Source of the DNA: Candidatus Brocadia sp. WS118
Lineage (GTDB): Bacteria; Planctomycetota; Brocadiia; Brocadiales; Brocadiaceae
Direction: 5' to 3'
DNA length: 32,000 nt
NCBI GenBank assembly: GCA_007618135.1
Contig: PHFX01000170.1
Location: 516-32,515 of the forward strand
Shown here: positions 18,471 through 25,895 of the stretch, piece by piece
Position numbering within the stretch: position 1 is the stretch's first letter
Layout: each line of letters begins with the position of its first letter
The notes under the pieces: generated by a model
The model's database searches: none
Told to the model about the DNA's origin: nothing
The model's input: the letters and a program-made list of their open reading frames with translations, nothing else
Translations under genes and position numbers: made by a program

Positions 18471-19508
18471 ATGGCGAATCATAAGCGGCAGAACGGGATA
18501 AAAATTTCAGGTCGTTTCTTAGTAAATCATGGGGATACCAGGCTCTTTTGGTATATACTCATATTTGCAAATGCTTTCTTATTAACTGTTCCCATGGTAG
18601 CTGCCAGTCAAAAAATCACATCTGCTCTACAGACTAAGGTTAATAGCAATACAGCCATTGTGATACAGAGCCAGCAAATTGCCGCCTATAATGAAACAAT
18701 TAAGGGTTTTGAAGAAGCATGCAAAGAAAAGAATATTACCATTAAGACAATTTATGACCTGAGAGGCGATGCAGAAGAGAGTAAAAGGATTATTCGTGCC
18801 ATCAGGAATAGCGAACAAAAACCTCAGCTTGTTCTGGCGGTAGGTGTGCTTGCGGCAACCGTTGCAAAAGATCAAATTCCCGATATTCCGGTTATCTTTT
18901 GTATGGTCATTAATCATGACCGTTTTAATTTACGGGGAGCTAATATCACCGGTATTTCAGCCGAGGCATCGTTAGAAGATCAGTTTGCTGTTCTGAAAGA
19001 GATTCTGGGTTACCGGAAAAATGTCGGAGTTATTTATGATCCAAGGAAAACGGGAAAGATGATCTCTGATGCAATAAACGTAGCAAAAAGATTTGAAATT
19101 AATCTCTTGAAAAAAGAGGTGCTGTCGGAGAGAGAAGTCGGCGTTGCACTGAAAAATATTATCCATGATATCGATGCCTTCTGGATAATACCTGATGGTA
19201 CGGTAATTACAAGAGATTCACTTGATATGATTTTTAAAAAAACCTTAAAAGAGCGCATTCCTACCTTTTGCACTTCAAATGCAATCGTTAGGGCAGGGGC
19301 ATTGATTTCTGTTTCTCCGGATTACGCATACACCGGTCAGCAGGCAGCCCAGCTGGCACAGATACTGTTACACAACCCAACGATGCGATCGTTAGGTACG
19401 AAACAACCGGAGAAACTGAAAATAACCCTCAACACCTCTGTAGCAGAGATGATTGGAATAAATATATCATCTTTCAAATCTCGTTCAGATATAGTCTTCT
19501 ACCCCTAA
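18471..19508 (+). CDS. Periplasmic substrate-binding protein of the ABC_sub_bind (COG2984) type, probably a sensor accessory protein
   Basis: 345 aa with an N-terminal transmembrane or signal segment. It has the alternating beta-alpha pattern of type I periplasmic binding proteins (LVLAVGVLAATVA, IPVIFCMV, VGVIYDP, IDAFWIIPD). It sits directly upstream of the histidine kinase. Confidence 0.72.
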   Translation: MANHKRQNGIKISGRFLVNHGDTRLFWYILIFANAFLLTVPMVAASQKITSALQTKVNSNTAIVIQSQQIAAYNETIKGFEEACKEKNITIKTIYDLRGDAEESKRIIRAIRNSEQKPQLVLAVGVLAATVAKDQIPDIPVIFCMVINHDRFNLRGANITGISAEASLEDQFAVLKEILGYRKNVGVIYDPRKTGKMISDAINVAKRFEINLLKKEVLSEREVGVALKNIIHDIDAFWIIPDGTVITRDSLDMIFKKTLKERIPTFCTSNAIVRAGALISVSPDYAYTGQQAAQLAQILLHNPTMRSLGTKQPEKLKITLNTSVAEMIGINISSFKSRSDIVFYP

Positions 19509-19531
19509 AAAAGCAGCGATTGGGTAATGGT

Positions 19532-21997
19532 ATGATTGGTATCCGCACAAAACTTATGCTTTTTACGAGTACCCTGGTAATTATGATTAGCACCCTGAGT
19601 TGCCTCTTCTTTTTAATTCATGCAAAAAGGCAGGAGGAGGAGGCTCTGAAAAATTTTGGTATGTCACTGATCATGCTGCTCGCTCAGGATAATGAAGTGA
19701 GATATGCTATGACGTACACCCAACCTGCATTTCTTGACACCCCTGTTAAAAGGATACGAGCGCTTGACCGGGAAGAGGAACTCGGATACCTGCGTATATC
19801 AAATATCCAAAAAACCCTGATCGAAGAAAAGGCGACCTGGATGAATATCGATATGAAAGAAATTCCCACCCAAAAAGGGAGAGAAAACCAGGATGTACTC
19901 CTTACCGATTGTACGCTTGCTTGTTCACGGAAGGTATTTTACGATTTTTCTCTGGCGGTGGCTGCGGAATCGACTTTCTCTGAAGAAGCATTTGCTGCCC
20001 AGGTTCTTGAAGAAATCAAGATGAATACACAACAGCAACCTTTGGGTTTTATACAAATCGGTTTATCTTCTCATAAATTGAGTAAGAGGATTCACGAGAT
20101 TTTTTGGAAGAGTATTATTCCGCTGGGTTTAATTATTATTTCCGGCGGAATAAGTATTACCATTTTCCTTACGAAGTACCTTGTTTCACCGTTACGGCAA
20201 ATGGCTGATGTCACCCTTGATATTGCCAAAGGTGATCTCACCCGTACCGTGGATGTCCAGTCACAGGATGAAATGGGGCAATTGTCGGTGAATTTCAACA
20301 AGATGACCCGGTCGCTGAAGAAGTCGTATGACGATCTGAAGCAAGAAATTGCAGATCGCAGGAGGGCTGAGGAATTATTAGCGTTTCGGGTAAAAATCGA
20401 AGGACTTATTACTGCCATATCGGCAAACTTTATTAATCTTCCATCTACTGAAGTTGATGCAGGCATACATCGTGCCTTGAAACAGATCGGGGAGTTTTCT
20501 GGTGTTGACCGCAGTTATGTCTTTCTTAATTCAGATGGGGGAAAGAGGATGGATAACACCCACGAGTGGTGCGCCAGGGGGATTCAGTCACAAAAAGAGA
20601 ACCTTCAGGGGGTGCTCGTTGAGCAGTTTCCTTGGGGCATGGAAAAGCTCAGGCGATTCGAAACGATCCATATCCCCAGGGTCAATGACCTGCCGGATGA
20701 CGCAATGACCGAGAGAGCACTGCAGCAATCGCAACAAGTGCAGTCGTGCGTAATCGTTCCCATGATTTATGGTGGATCATTGTTTGGGCTTTTGGGGTTT
20801 GATTCGGTACGAAGAGAGAAAACCTGGACACATGAAGACATTGGGATGTTAAAAATAGTAGCGGAAATATTTGTTAATGCCTTAGAGCACAAACGCATGG
20901 AAGAGGCGCTCCGCATAAGCGAAGGAAAGTATAGAATGCTGCTTGAAAACCTTCCACAGAGGATATTTTACAAGGATGAAAATTTACGGTATGTATCGTG
21001 TAATGAGAATTATGCCAGGGATTTGAAGATTCATACGGATGAAATACAAGGAAAGACGGATTATGACTTTTATCCAGAGGTGCTCGCGGAAAAATACCGC
21101 TCGGATGACAAACGAATCATGAGATTGGAAAAAACAGAAGAAATAGAAGAGAAATATATTAACAACGGACAAGAGCTGACTGTCCATACGGTGAAAACCC
21201 CCATAAAAGATGAGAAAGGAAGTGTTATTGGGGTATTAGGTATTTTCTGGGACATCACCGAGAAAATAGCCTTGCAGACGGAGGCTATACGGTCTAGGCA
21301 TCTGGTATCAGTAGGTGAACTTGCGGCAGGTGTGGCTCACGAAATTAACAATCCCATAACGGGTATTATCAACTGTGCCCAGATACTGGTAAATAAAAGT
21401 GAAAAGGGAACCAGAGAGGAGGACATTGGCCATCGAATTGTAAAAGAAGGAAACCGGATAGCTGATATCGTAAAGAGTCTCCTCTCCTTTGCCAGGCCGG
21501 GTGACAGAAAAGAACAAAGGGTTTCAGTCCATGTCTCTGAAATTATGTCTGATACACTTGTTCTGATGGGTTCACAGTTGAAAAAGGATAATGTTGAATT
21601 GGTTTTAAACATTCCCCCCGAATTGTCAAAGGTAAGTGCGCACCATCAGCAAATTCAACAGGTCTTTTTAAATTTGATAAGTAATGCACGATACGCCTTG
21701 AATTCTAAATACCCGGGAAGGAATGAGAATAAAATTCTTGAGATTCGGGGTGAATCGATAACCATTAATAATCGCCCCTATGTGAAAGTTACTTTTCATG
21801 ATAAAGGTACTGGAATATCTGCAGATATTCTGGATAAGGTTATGAATCCATTTTTTTCCACGAAACCAAGAGGGACGGGCACTGGGCTTGGCTTGAGCAT
21901 CAGTCACGGCATTGTAAATGATCATGGCGGTAAACTCCTGATAGATTCTGTTGAAAATGAATTTACGAAGGTTACGGTTGTGCTGCCGTCAGGGTAA
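19532..21997 (+). CDS. Sensor histidine kinase (2 TM + extracytoplasmic domain, HAMP, GAF, PAS, HisKA, HATPase_c)
   Basis: H-box AAGVAHEINNPITGI, N-box LNLISNARYAL, and G-boxes DKGTGI and GTGLGLSISHGIV. The HAMP domain follows TM2 (LVSPLRQMADVTLDIAKGDLT). The PAS domain includes GVLGIFWDITEK. TTG 19520 is an alternative start. Confidence 0.88.
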   Translation: MIGIRTKLMLFTSTLVIMISTLSCLFFLIHAKRQEEEALKNFGMSLIMLLAQDNEVRYAMTYTQPAFLDTPVKRIRALDREEELGYLRISNIQKTLIEEKATWMNIDMKEIPTQKGRENQDVLLTDCTLACSRKVFYDFSLAVAAESTFSEEAFAAQVLEEIKMNTQQQPLGFIQIGLSSHKLSKRIHEIFWKSIIPLGLIIISGGISITIFLTKYLVSPLRQMADVTLDIAKGDLTRTVDVQSQDEMGQLSVNFNKMTRSLKKSYDDLKQEIADRRRAEELLAFRVKIEGLITAISANFINLPSTEVDAGIHRALKQIGEFSGVDRSYVFLNSDGGKRMDNTHEWCARGIQSQKENLQGVLVEQFPWGMEKLRRFETIHIPRVNDLPDDAMTERALQQSQQVQSCVIVPMIYGGSLFGLLGFDSVRREKTWTHEDIGMLKIVAEIFVNALEHKRMEEALRISEGKYRMLLENLPQRIFYKDENLRYVSCNENYARDLKIHTDEIQGKTDYDFYPEVLAEKYRSDDKRIMRLEKTEEIEEKYINNGQELTVHTVKTPIKDEKGSVIGVLGIFWDITEKIALQTEAIRSRHLVSVGELAAGVAHEINNPITGIINCAQILVNKSEKGTREEDIGHRIVKEGNRIADIVKSLLSFARPGDRKEQRVSVHVSEIMSDTLVLMGSQLKKDNVELVLNIPPELSKVSAHHQQIQQVFLNLISNARYALNSKYPGRNENKILEIRGESITINNRPYVKVTFHDKGTGISADILDKVMNPFFSTKPRGTGTGLGLSISHGIVNDHGGKLLIDSVENEFTKVTVVLPSG

Positions 21998-22120
21998 GGG
22001 TTTTGACAGAGATGGGAAAAGGCGTCTCTGATGCAAAGTTTAATCATGATGTCTTTGGCCTATCCTTCTTACGATAATGGAATGCCAATTGCTTTTGTCG
22101 TAGATAGGAAAGAGGGAAAG

Positions 22121-23833
22121 ATGAAGAAAAAAATTCTTATAATCGACGATGAAGAGAATATCAGGTACACCTTTGAAAGCTTTCTTACAGACGAGGGATA
22201 TGAGGTGGCATCTGCAAAGGACTATAGGGATGCTCTCGTCGCGATTGATGAGGCAGATTTTGATGTGATATTTACCGATATTCTCTTGGGTGATAAGAGT
22301 GGTGTTGATATCCTGAGAAACATTAAAGAAAAGAATCTCAATTGTCCCGTTGTTATGATCACCGGTGCCCCTGATATTGGAACTGCCTCGGAAGCTCTGC
22401 GGTTGGGTGCCTTTGACTATATTCCTAAACCTATATTGCAGGACACTTTGGTGCGTGTTGCAAAGGTGGCATTACAGCATAAAACTCTCAAAGACGAAAA
22501 GGAGAGATACCAAACAAACCTTGACGCAATATTTCGAAGTGTAAGGGATGCAATTATTACGGTGGATAAGAATTTAATGGTAGTCGAGATGAATCCTGCG
22601 GCTGAACAAATCTGTGATCTGTCTCATAATGTCATTGGAAATCTCCTCAACTCTTTTCAGACACATTGTGGTGGAAAGTGTTTTGAAATTCTTCGTGCAA
22701 CCATTGAAGAAAAACAACCTCTGGAAATACCAAGTCTTGAATGCAGGCATAACCATCGCCCGCATCAGGTTGTGAGCATCTCAACCAATCCTCTCTTAAA
22801 CAATAAAGGTATGTTTTCAGGCGCTGTTTTGGTGGTAAGAGATGATACGCATTTGGTTGAACTAGAGCGCGATATGAAAGAGCGGCGTAAATTCCATAAT
22901 ATGATAGGGAAGAGTGAGAAGATACAGATGATTTACTCGTTTATAGAAGATTTGGCAGACGTCCAGACGACAGTCCTGGTGCTAGGGGAAAGCGGGACGG
23001 GTAAGGAACTGGTTGCCGAAGCAATCCACTACAGCGGTGCACGCAGTAAAAAACCGCTGGTCAAGGTAAACTGCTCGGCTTTATCAGAGAATCTGCTTGA
23101 AAGTGAGCTCTTTGGGCACGTAAAGGGCGCTTTTACCGGCGCTCTACAGAATAGGATTGGCAGGTTTCAGAAAGCTGAAGGAGGCACGATTTTTCTGGAT
23201 GAAATTGGCGACATCTCTCCGCGGATACAACTCCAACTGCTGAGGGTTTTGCAGGAAAGAGAATTTGAGCGCGTTGGAGACTCAAACCCCATCAAGGTCG
23301 ATGTTCGGGTTATTGCCGCGACTAATCAAAACCTTCGCGAAAAAGTCAAGCGGGGCGAGTTCCGCGAAGACCTTTATTACCGGCTCAAGGTAGTGGAAAT
23401 GTGCCTGCCGCCGCTAAGAGACAGGAAAGAAGACATACCGTTGCTGGTAAAGCACTTTGTGAAAAAATTCAATAAAAAGTTAAATAAAGAGATTACTGCC
23501 ATTTCTGCGGATGTCCAGAAGATATTTATGAACTACACATGGCCGGGAAATATCCGGGAATTGGAACATACTATGGAGCATGCATTTATTCTTTGCCACC
23601 AAAACGTCATTACGGCGGATCACCTGCCCCTCAATTTTAAAGACCTTAATCAAACGAATAAGACTTCTTCTGAAGATACAAAAATTGAAGAATCGCAGTC
23701 AATTATTCGGGCACTTGAGCTGGCTTTATGGAATAAAGCAAAAGCTGCACGCCTGTTAGGCATGAGCCGAAGGACGCTCTACCGGAAAATAAGAGACCTT
23801 AAAATAGGCGTGAAGGATGATTCCAGAATATAA
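22121..23833 (+). CDS. Sigma-54-dependent response regulator (REC-PAS-AAA+ bEBP-Fis HTH)
   Basis: REC domain KKILIIDDEENI...DVIFTDILL. PAS domain between REC and AAA+. Walker A GESGTGKE. GAFTGA loop (VKGAFTGA). FLDEIGD. C-terminal HTH AARLLGMSRRTLYRKI. I chose ATG 22121, which is preceded by GAGGGAAAG, rather than the track start at 22031. Confidence 0.9.
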   Translation: MKKKILIIDDEENIRYTFESFLTDEGYEVASAKDYRDALVAIDEADFDVIFTDILLGDKSGVDILRNIKEKNLNCPVVMITGAPDIGTASEALRLGAFDYIPKPILQDTLVRVAKVALQHKTLKDEKERYQTNLDAIFRSVRDAIITVDKNLMVVEMNPAAEQICDLSHNVIGNLLNSFQTHCGGKCFEILRATIEEKQPLEIPSLECRHNHRPHQVVSISTNPLLNNKGMFSGAVLVVRDDTHLVELERDMKERRKFHNMIGKSEKIQMIYSFIEDLADVQTTVLVLGESGTGKELVAEAIHYSGARSKKPLVKVNCSALSENLLESELFGHVKGAFTGALQNRIGRFQKAEGGTIFLDEIGDISPRIQLQLLRVLQEREFERVGDSNPIKVDVRVIAATNQNLREKVKRGEFREDLYYRLKVVEMCLPPLRDRKEDIPLLVKHFVKKFNKKLNKEITAISADVQKIFMNYTWPGNIRELEHTMEHAFILCHQNVITADHLPLNFKDLNQTNKTSSEDTKIEESQSIIRALELALWNKAKAARLLGMSRRTLYRKIRDLKIGVKDDSRI

Positions 23834-23874
23834 GCGCCTATTGTCCCTTTGCTGCGACTTTCTTGGTTTTTTAT

Positions 23875-23934
23875 AAAAAAGTGTGCCATGTCACACTTTG
23901 TGACGTCACAAAGTGTGACATGGCACACTTTTTT
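23875..23934. terminator. 60-bp perfect palindrome flanked by an A6 run upstream and a T6 run downstream. It is a bidirectional intrinsic terminator and/or a protein-binding dyad array.
   Basis: AAAAAAGTGTGCCATGTCACACTTTGTGAC|GTCACAAAGTGTGACATGGCACACTTTTTT. I checked base by base that the arms are exact reverse complements. It starts 42 nt after the response-regulator stop. Confidence 0.65.
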
Positions 23935-24047
23935 ATTGTTTTCAAATAGATGCATTTCTATTAATTTTATTCCTTCCACGCATCTCGTAATAAAAATTCC
24001 GCAACAATTCAGGTTTTTTGAAACAACAAAATTATGTTTCAATTTTC

Positions 24048-24063
24048 TGGCATATGATTTGAC
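24048..24063 (+). promoter_or_regulatory. Candidate sigma-54 promoter (TGGCAT-N5-TTGA)
   Basis: The GG and TTG elements have the correct -24/-12 spacing. The -12 element reads GA rather than the consensus GC. It lies ~130-160 bp downstream of the palindrome dyads and ~215 nt upstream of the PAS ORF. Confidence 0.3.
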
Positions 24064-24277
24064 AGCCAGTAAAAAAGAATTATGGGGATGAAAATGTATG
24101 GGTAAATTTTCCATGTAAGGAAGGAGGAAAAGTATGAATATTTTTTTTGCCTTTTTAATAATCAGCATTGTGATTGCGATCACAACTATCGTGTTCTCGT
24201 AAGATTTGTGATTCTCATGGTCTCTAAAATATCAACGCGTACGTTGATTTTCATAATTTCGTTGGAGGGTTGCTCAA

Positions 24278-24670
24278 GTGGAGATGTCAAAGGTTGTTTA
24301 TAAATTGATGGAAAACGAGCTGATGAGGATATTGTTTTCTGGCGTAACCGATCTCACCTATATTTATGATGTGGAGGGAAATATCTTATTTGTAAATAAA
24401 GTATTTGAAAAATTTACGGGTCACAGGCCTGAGGAGTTTTACGGGAAACCATTTGCAACTCTTTTTGACAAGGAAAATTTAAAAAAGGCGCAGGACGCCT
24501 TTGCGGAGACATTGAAAGGAAATAGTCCGGAATACGAGCTTTATTTCCGGAATACAAAGGTGTTGTGTGAGTATAGGAACTTTCCGTTAAAGGATCAAAG
24601 CGGAAATCTTGTTGGCATAATGGGTATAGCCAGGGATATCACTGCCCGACGCAAGATAAGGAGTAGCTGA
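24278..24670 (+). CDS. Stand-alone PAS domain protein, apparently the surviving N-terminal part of a longer signalling gene
   Basis: 130 aa with a PAS fold pattern (ILFVNKVFEKFTGHRPEEFYGKPF...GIMGIARDITARRK). The ORF ends just after the DIT..R PAS boundary, where multidomain proteins normally continue. GTG 24278 or ATG 24284 may be the start. Confidence 0.6.
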   Translation: MEMSKVVYKLMENELMRILFSGVTDLTYIYDVEGNILFVNKVFEKFTGHRPEEFYGKPFATLFDKENLKKAQDAFAETLKGNSPEYELYFRNTKVLCEYRNFPLKDQSGNLVGIMGIARDITARRKIRSS

Positions 24671-24883
24671 AGGCACTGAATGAATCTATGGAGATAAGGG
24701 TGATTGAACATACCTCAAGACTGATGGAGCTAAATGAAGAGTTGGTGAAGGAAATGAAGGAAAGAGTATGACTCGAAAGGGAATTAAAGCAAGGTATGGA
24801 GAAACAAAAAATCCTTAACGGGGATGATTCAGACTATGTCCCTGACCGTTGAATCAAGAGAACCTCATTCTGCTCTTCGTTAG
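24652..24883 (+). pseudogene. Decayed continuation of the PAS gene: a coiled-coil linker plus the start of an HD-GYP-like domain, broken by frameshifts and stop codons
   Basis: An alternative frame reads QDKE*LKALNESMEIRVIEHTSRLMELNEELVKEMKERV*LERELKQGMEKQKILNG. A third frame then reads MIQTMSLTVESREPHSALR*. Compare the consensus of HD-GYP domains, L.VE.RDPYT.GH. I recognised this by eye. Confidence 0.4.
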
Positions 24884-24904
24884 GTTTATCCTGGATGCCG
24901 TGAA

Positions 24905-25207
24905 ATGAAATATAAAATATCAGTCATCATTGTGGGAGGAGATCATTTAGGTAGCATACCAAAGGAGCTTGATAAAATCGGAATTACGGAAATTCAACAC
25001 CTGACAGGCAGGACCGGGCAGAAGATGCGAGGGAAAATCCCGGAGAAGGTTGATTTTATAATCCTCCTCTACGATTTCGTTAATCATAATCTGGCTTATA
25101 AAGTAAAGAAATTGGCTATTAACCGGAACATACCTATTATCTATGCAAAGAGATCGTGGTCTTCCATTTATCAAAAGATAAAGGATAGCCGGATAACTAT
25201 TTTCTGA
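24905..25207 (+). CDS. DUF2325 domain protein
   Basis: 100 aa. The pattern VIIVGGDHLG...HLTGR...KIPEKVDFIILLYDFVNHNLAYKVKKLA...PIIY matches my recollection of the DUF2325 family. Confidence 0.65.
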   Translation: MKYKISVIIVGGDHLGSIPKELDKIGITEIQHLTGRTGQKMRGKIPEKVDFIILLYDFVNHNLAYKVKKLAINRNIPIIYAKRSWSSIYQKIKDSRITIF

Positions 25208-25224
25208 TTTCGCATCAGGTTTTT
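25203..25224 (+). terminator. Weak intrinsic terminator after the DUF2325 gene (CTGAT-TTCGC-ATCAG + G + T6)
   Basis: A 5-bp stem with a 5-nt loop followed by a T6 run, overlapping the stop codon. The stem is short, so confidence is low. Confidence 0.3.
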
Positions 25225-25405
25225 TACGGTATCGTACAAAGTTTGTTGTCGAAATTCTCCAGCCTTCTCTTATATTCTCGTCGAGTTCTTCCCCCTGCGA
25301 TTATGAAGAACTCAAAACAATTCAGAATTTACATACACCCGCAAGCAGGCGGTAAACCTTCTCCCCTTGTCCGTTTCATGGCAATTGCAGGGTGGTAAAT
25401 TGTCG

Positions 25406-25434
25406 TTGACATTAATTTTACAACTCTGTACAAT
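25406..25434 (+). promoter_or_regulatory. Near-consensus sigma-70 promoter TTGACA-17 nt-TACAAT upstream of acpS
   Basis: It has a perfect -35 hexamer, a 17-nt spacer, and a -10 hexamer matching 5 of 6 positions. It lies 75 nt upstream of the acpS ATG. Read directly from the sequence. Confidence 0.55.
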
Positions 25435-25508
25435 GCTTTTTTATTAAATAGCTACTTATGCTACAAGTAGTTACAATGATTAAAATTGCCAGTTAATAGT
25501 TATCGTTT

Positions 25509-25895
25509 ATGTATGTTGGTATTGACATTATAGAAATAAAACGCATCGAAAAATTGTTCTCTGCTCATGAGGATTTCTTACGAAGGATTTATACAAAAAA
25601 AGAGGTAGAGTATTGCAACCAAAAAAAGAACAAATATCAACATTTTGCGGCTCGTTTTGCCTCAAAAGAGGCAATGTTCAAGGCGCTGGGAACTGGCTGG
25701 GTTGGTAAAATGAAATGGACGGATATTGAGCTCTTAAATGACGAAAAAGGGAGACCCTATGTGAATCTCTATGGCGGGGTAAAAGAATTGGCAGATAAGA
25801 AACATATCGATAATATTTCTGTATCTTTATCCCACTGCCAGGACTATGCTATTGCCCAGGTTTTGTTGGTGCCAAAAAAAGAGGAATGTTCATGA
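25509..25895 (+). CDS. acpS: Holo-[acyl-carrier-protein] synthase (4'-phosphopantetheinyl transferase, AcpS type)
   Basis: 128 aa with GIDIIEIKRIEK, FAARFASKEAMFKALGTG and ISVSLSHCQDYAIAQVLL. Confidence 0.9.
   Translation: MYVGIDIIEIKRIEKLFSAHEDFLRRIYTKKEVEYCNQKKNKYQHFAARFASKEAMFKALGTGWVGKMKWTDIELLNDEKGRPYVNLYGGVKELADKKHIDNISVSLSHCQDYAIAQVLLVPKKEECS

Noticed and set aside
23779-24183. 134-aa minus ORF and 80-aa plus ORF (23849-24091) covering the palindrome
   Set aside because: Both read through the perfect palindrome and give mirror-like peptides (CHVTLCDVTKCDM / MSHFVTSQSVTWH). They have no homology features. The region is better explained as a terminator or regulatory DNA.
25283-25313. 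9-bp-stem hairpin GAGTTCTTC...GAAGAACTC upstream of the acpS promoter, considered as a terminator
   Set aside because: No T-run follows it on either strand. The weak hairpin at 25203-25224 is the better terminator candidate. The function of this hairpin is left open.
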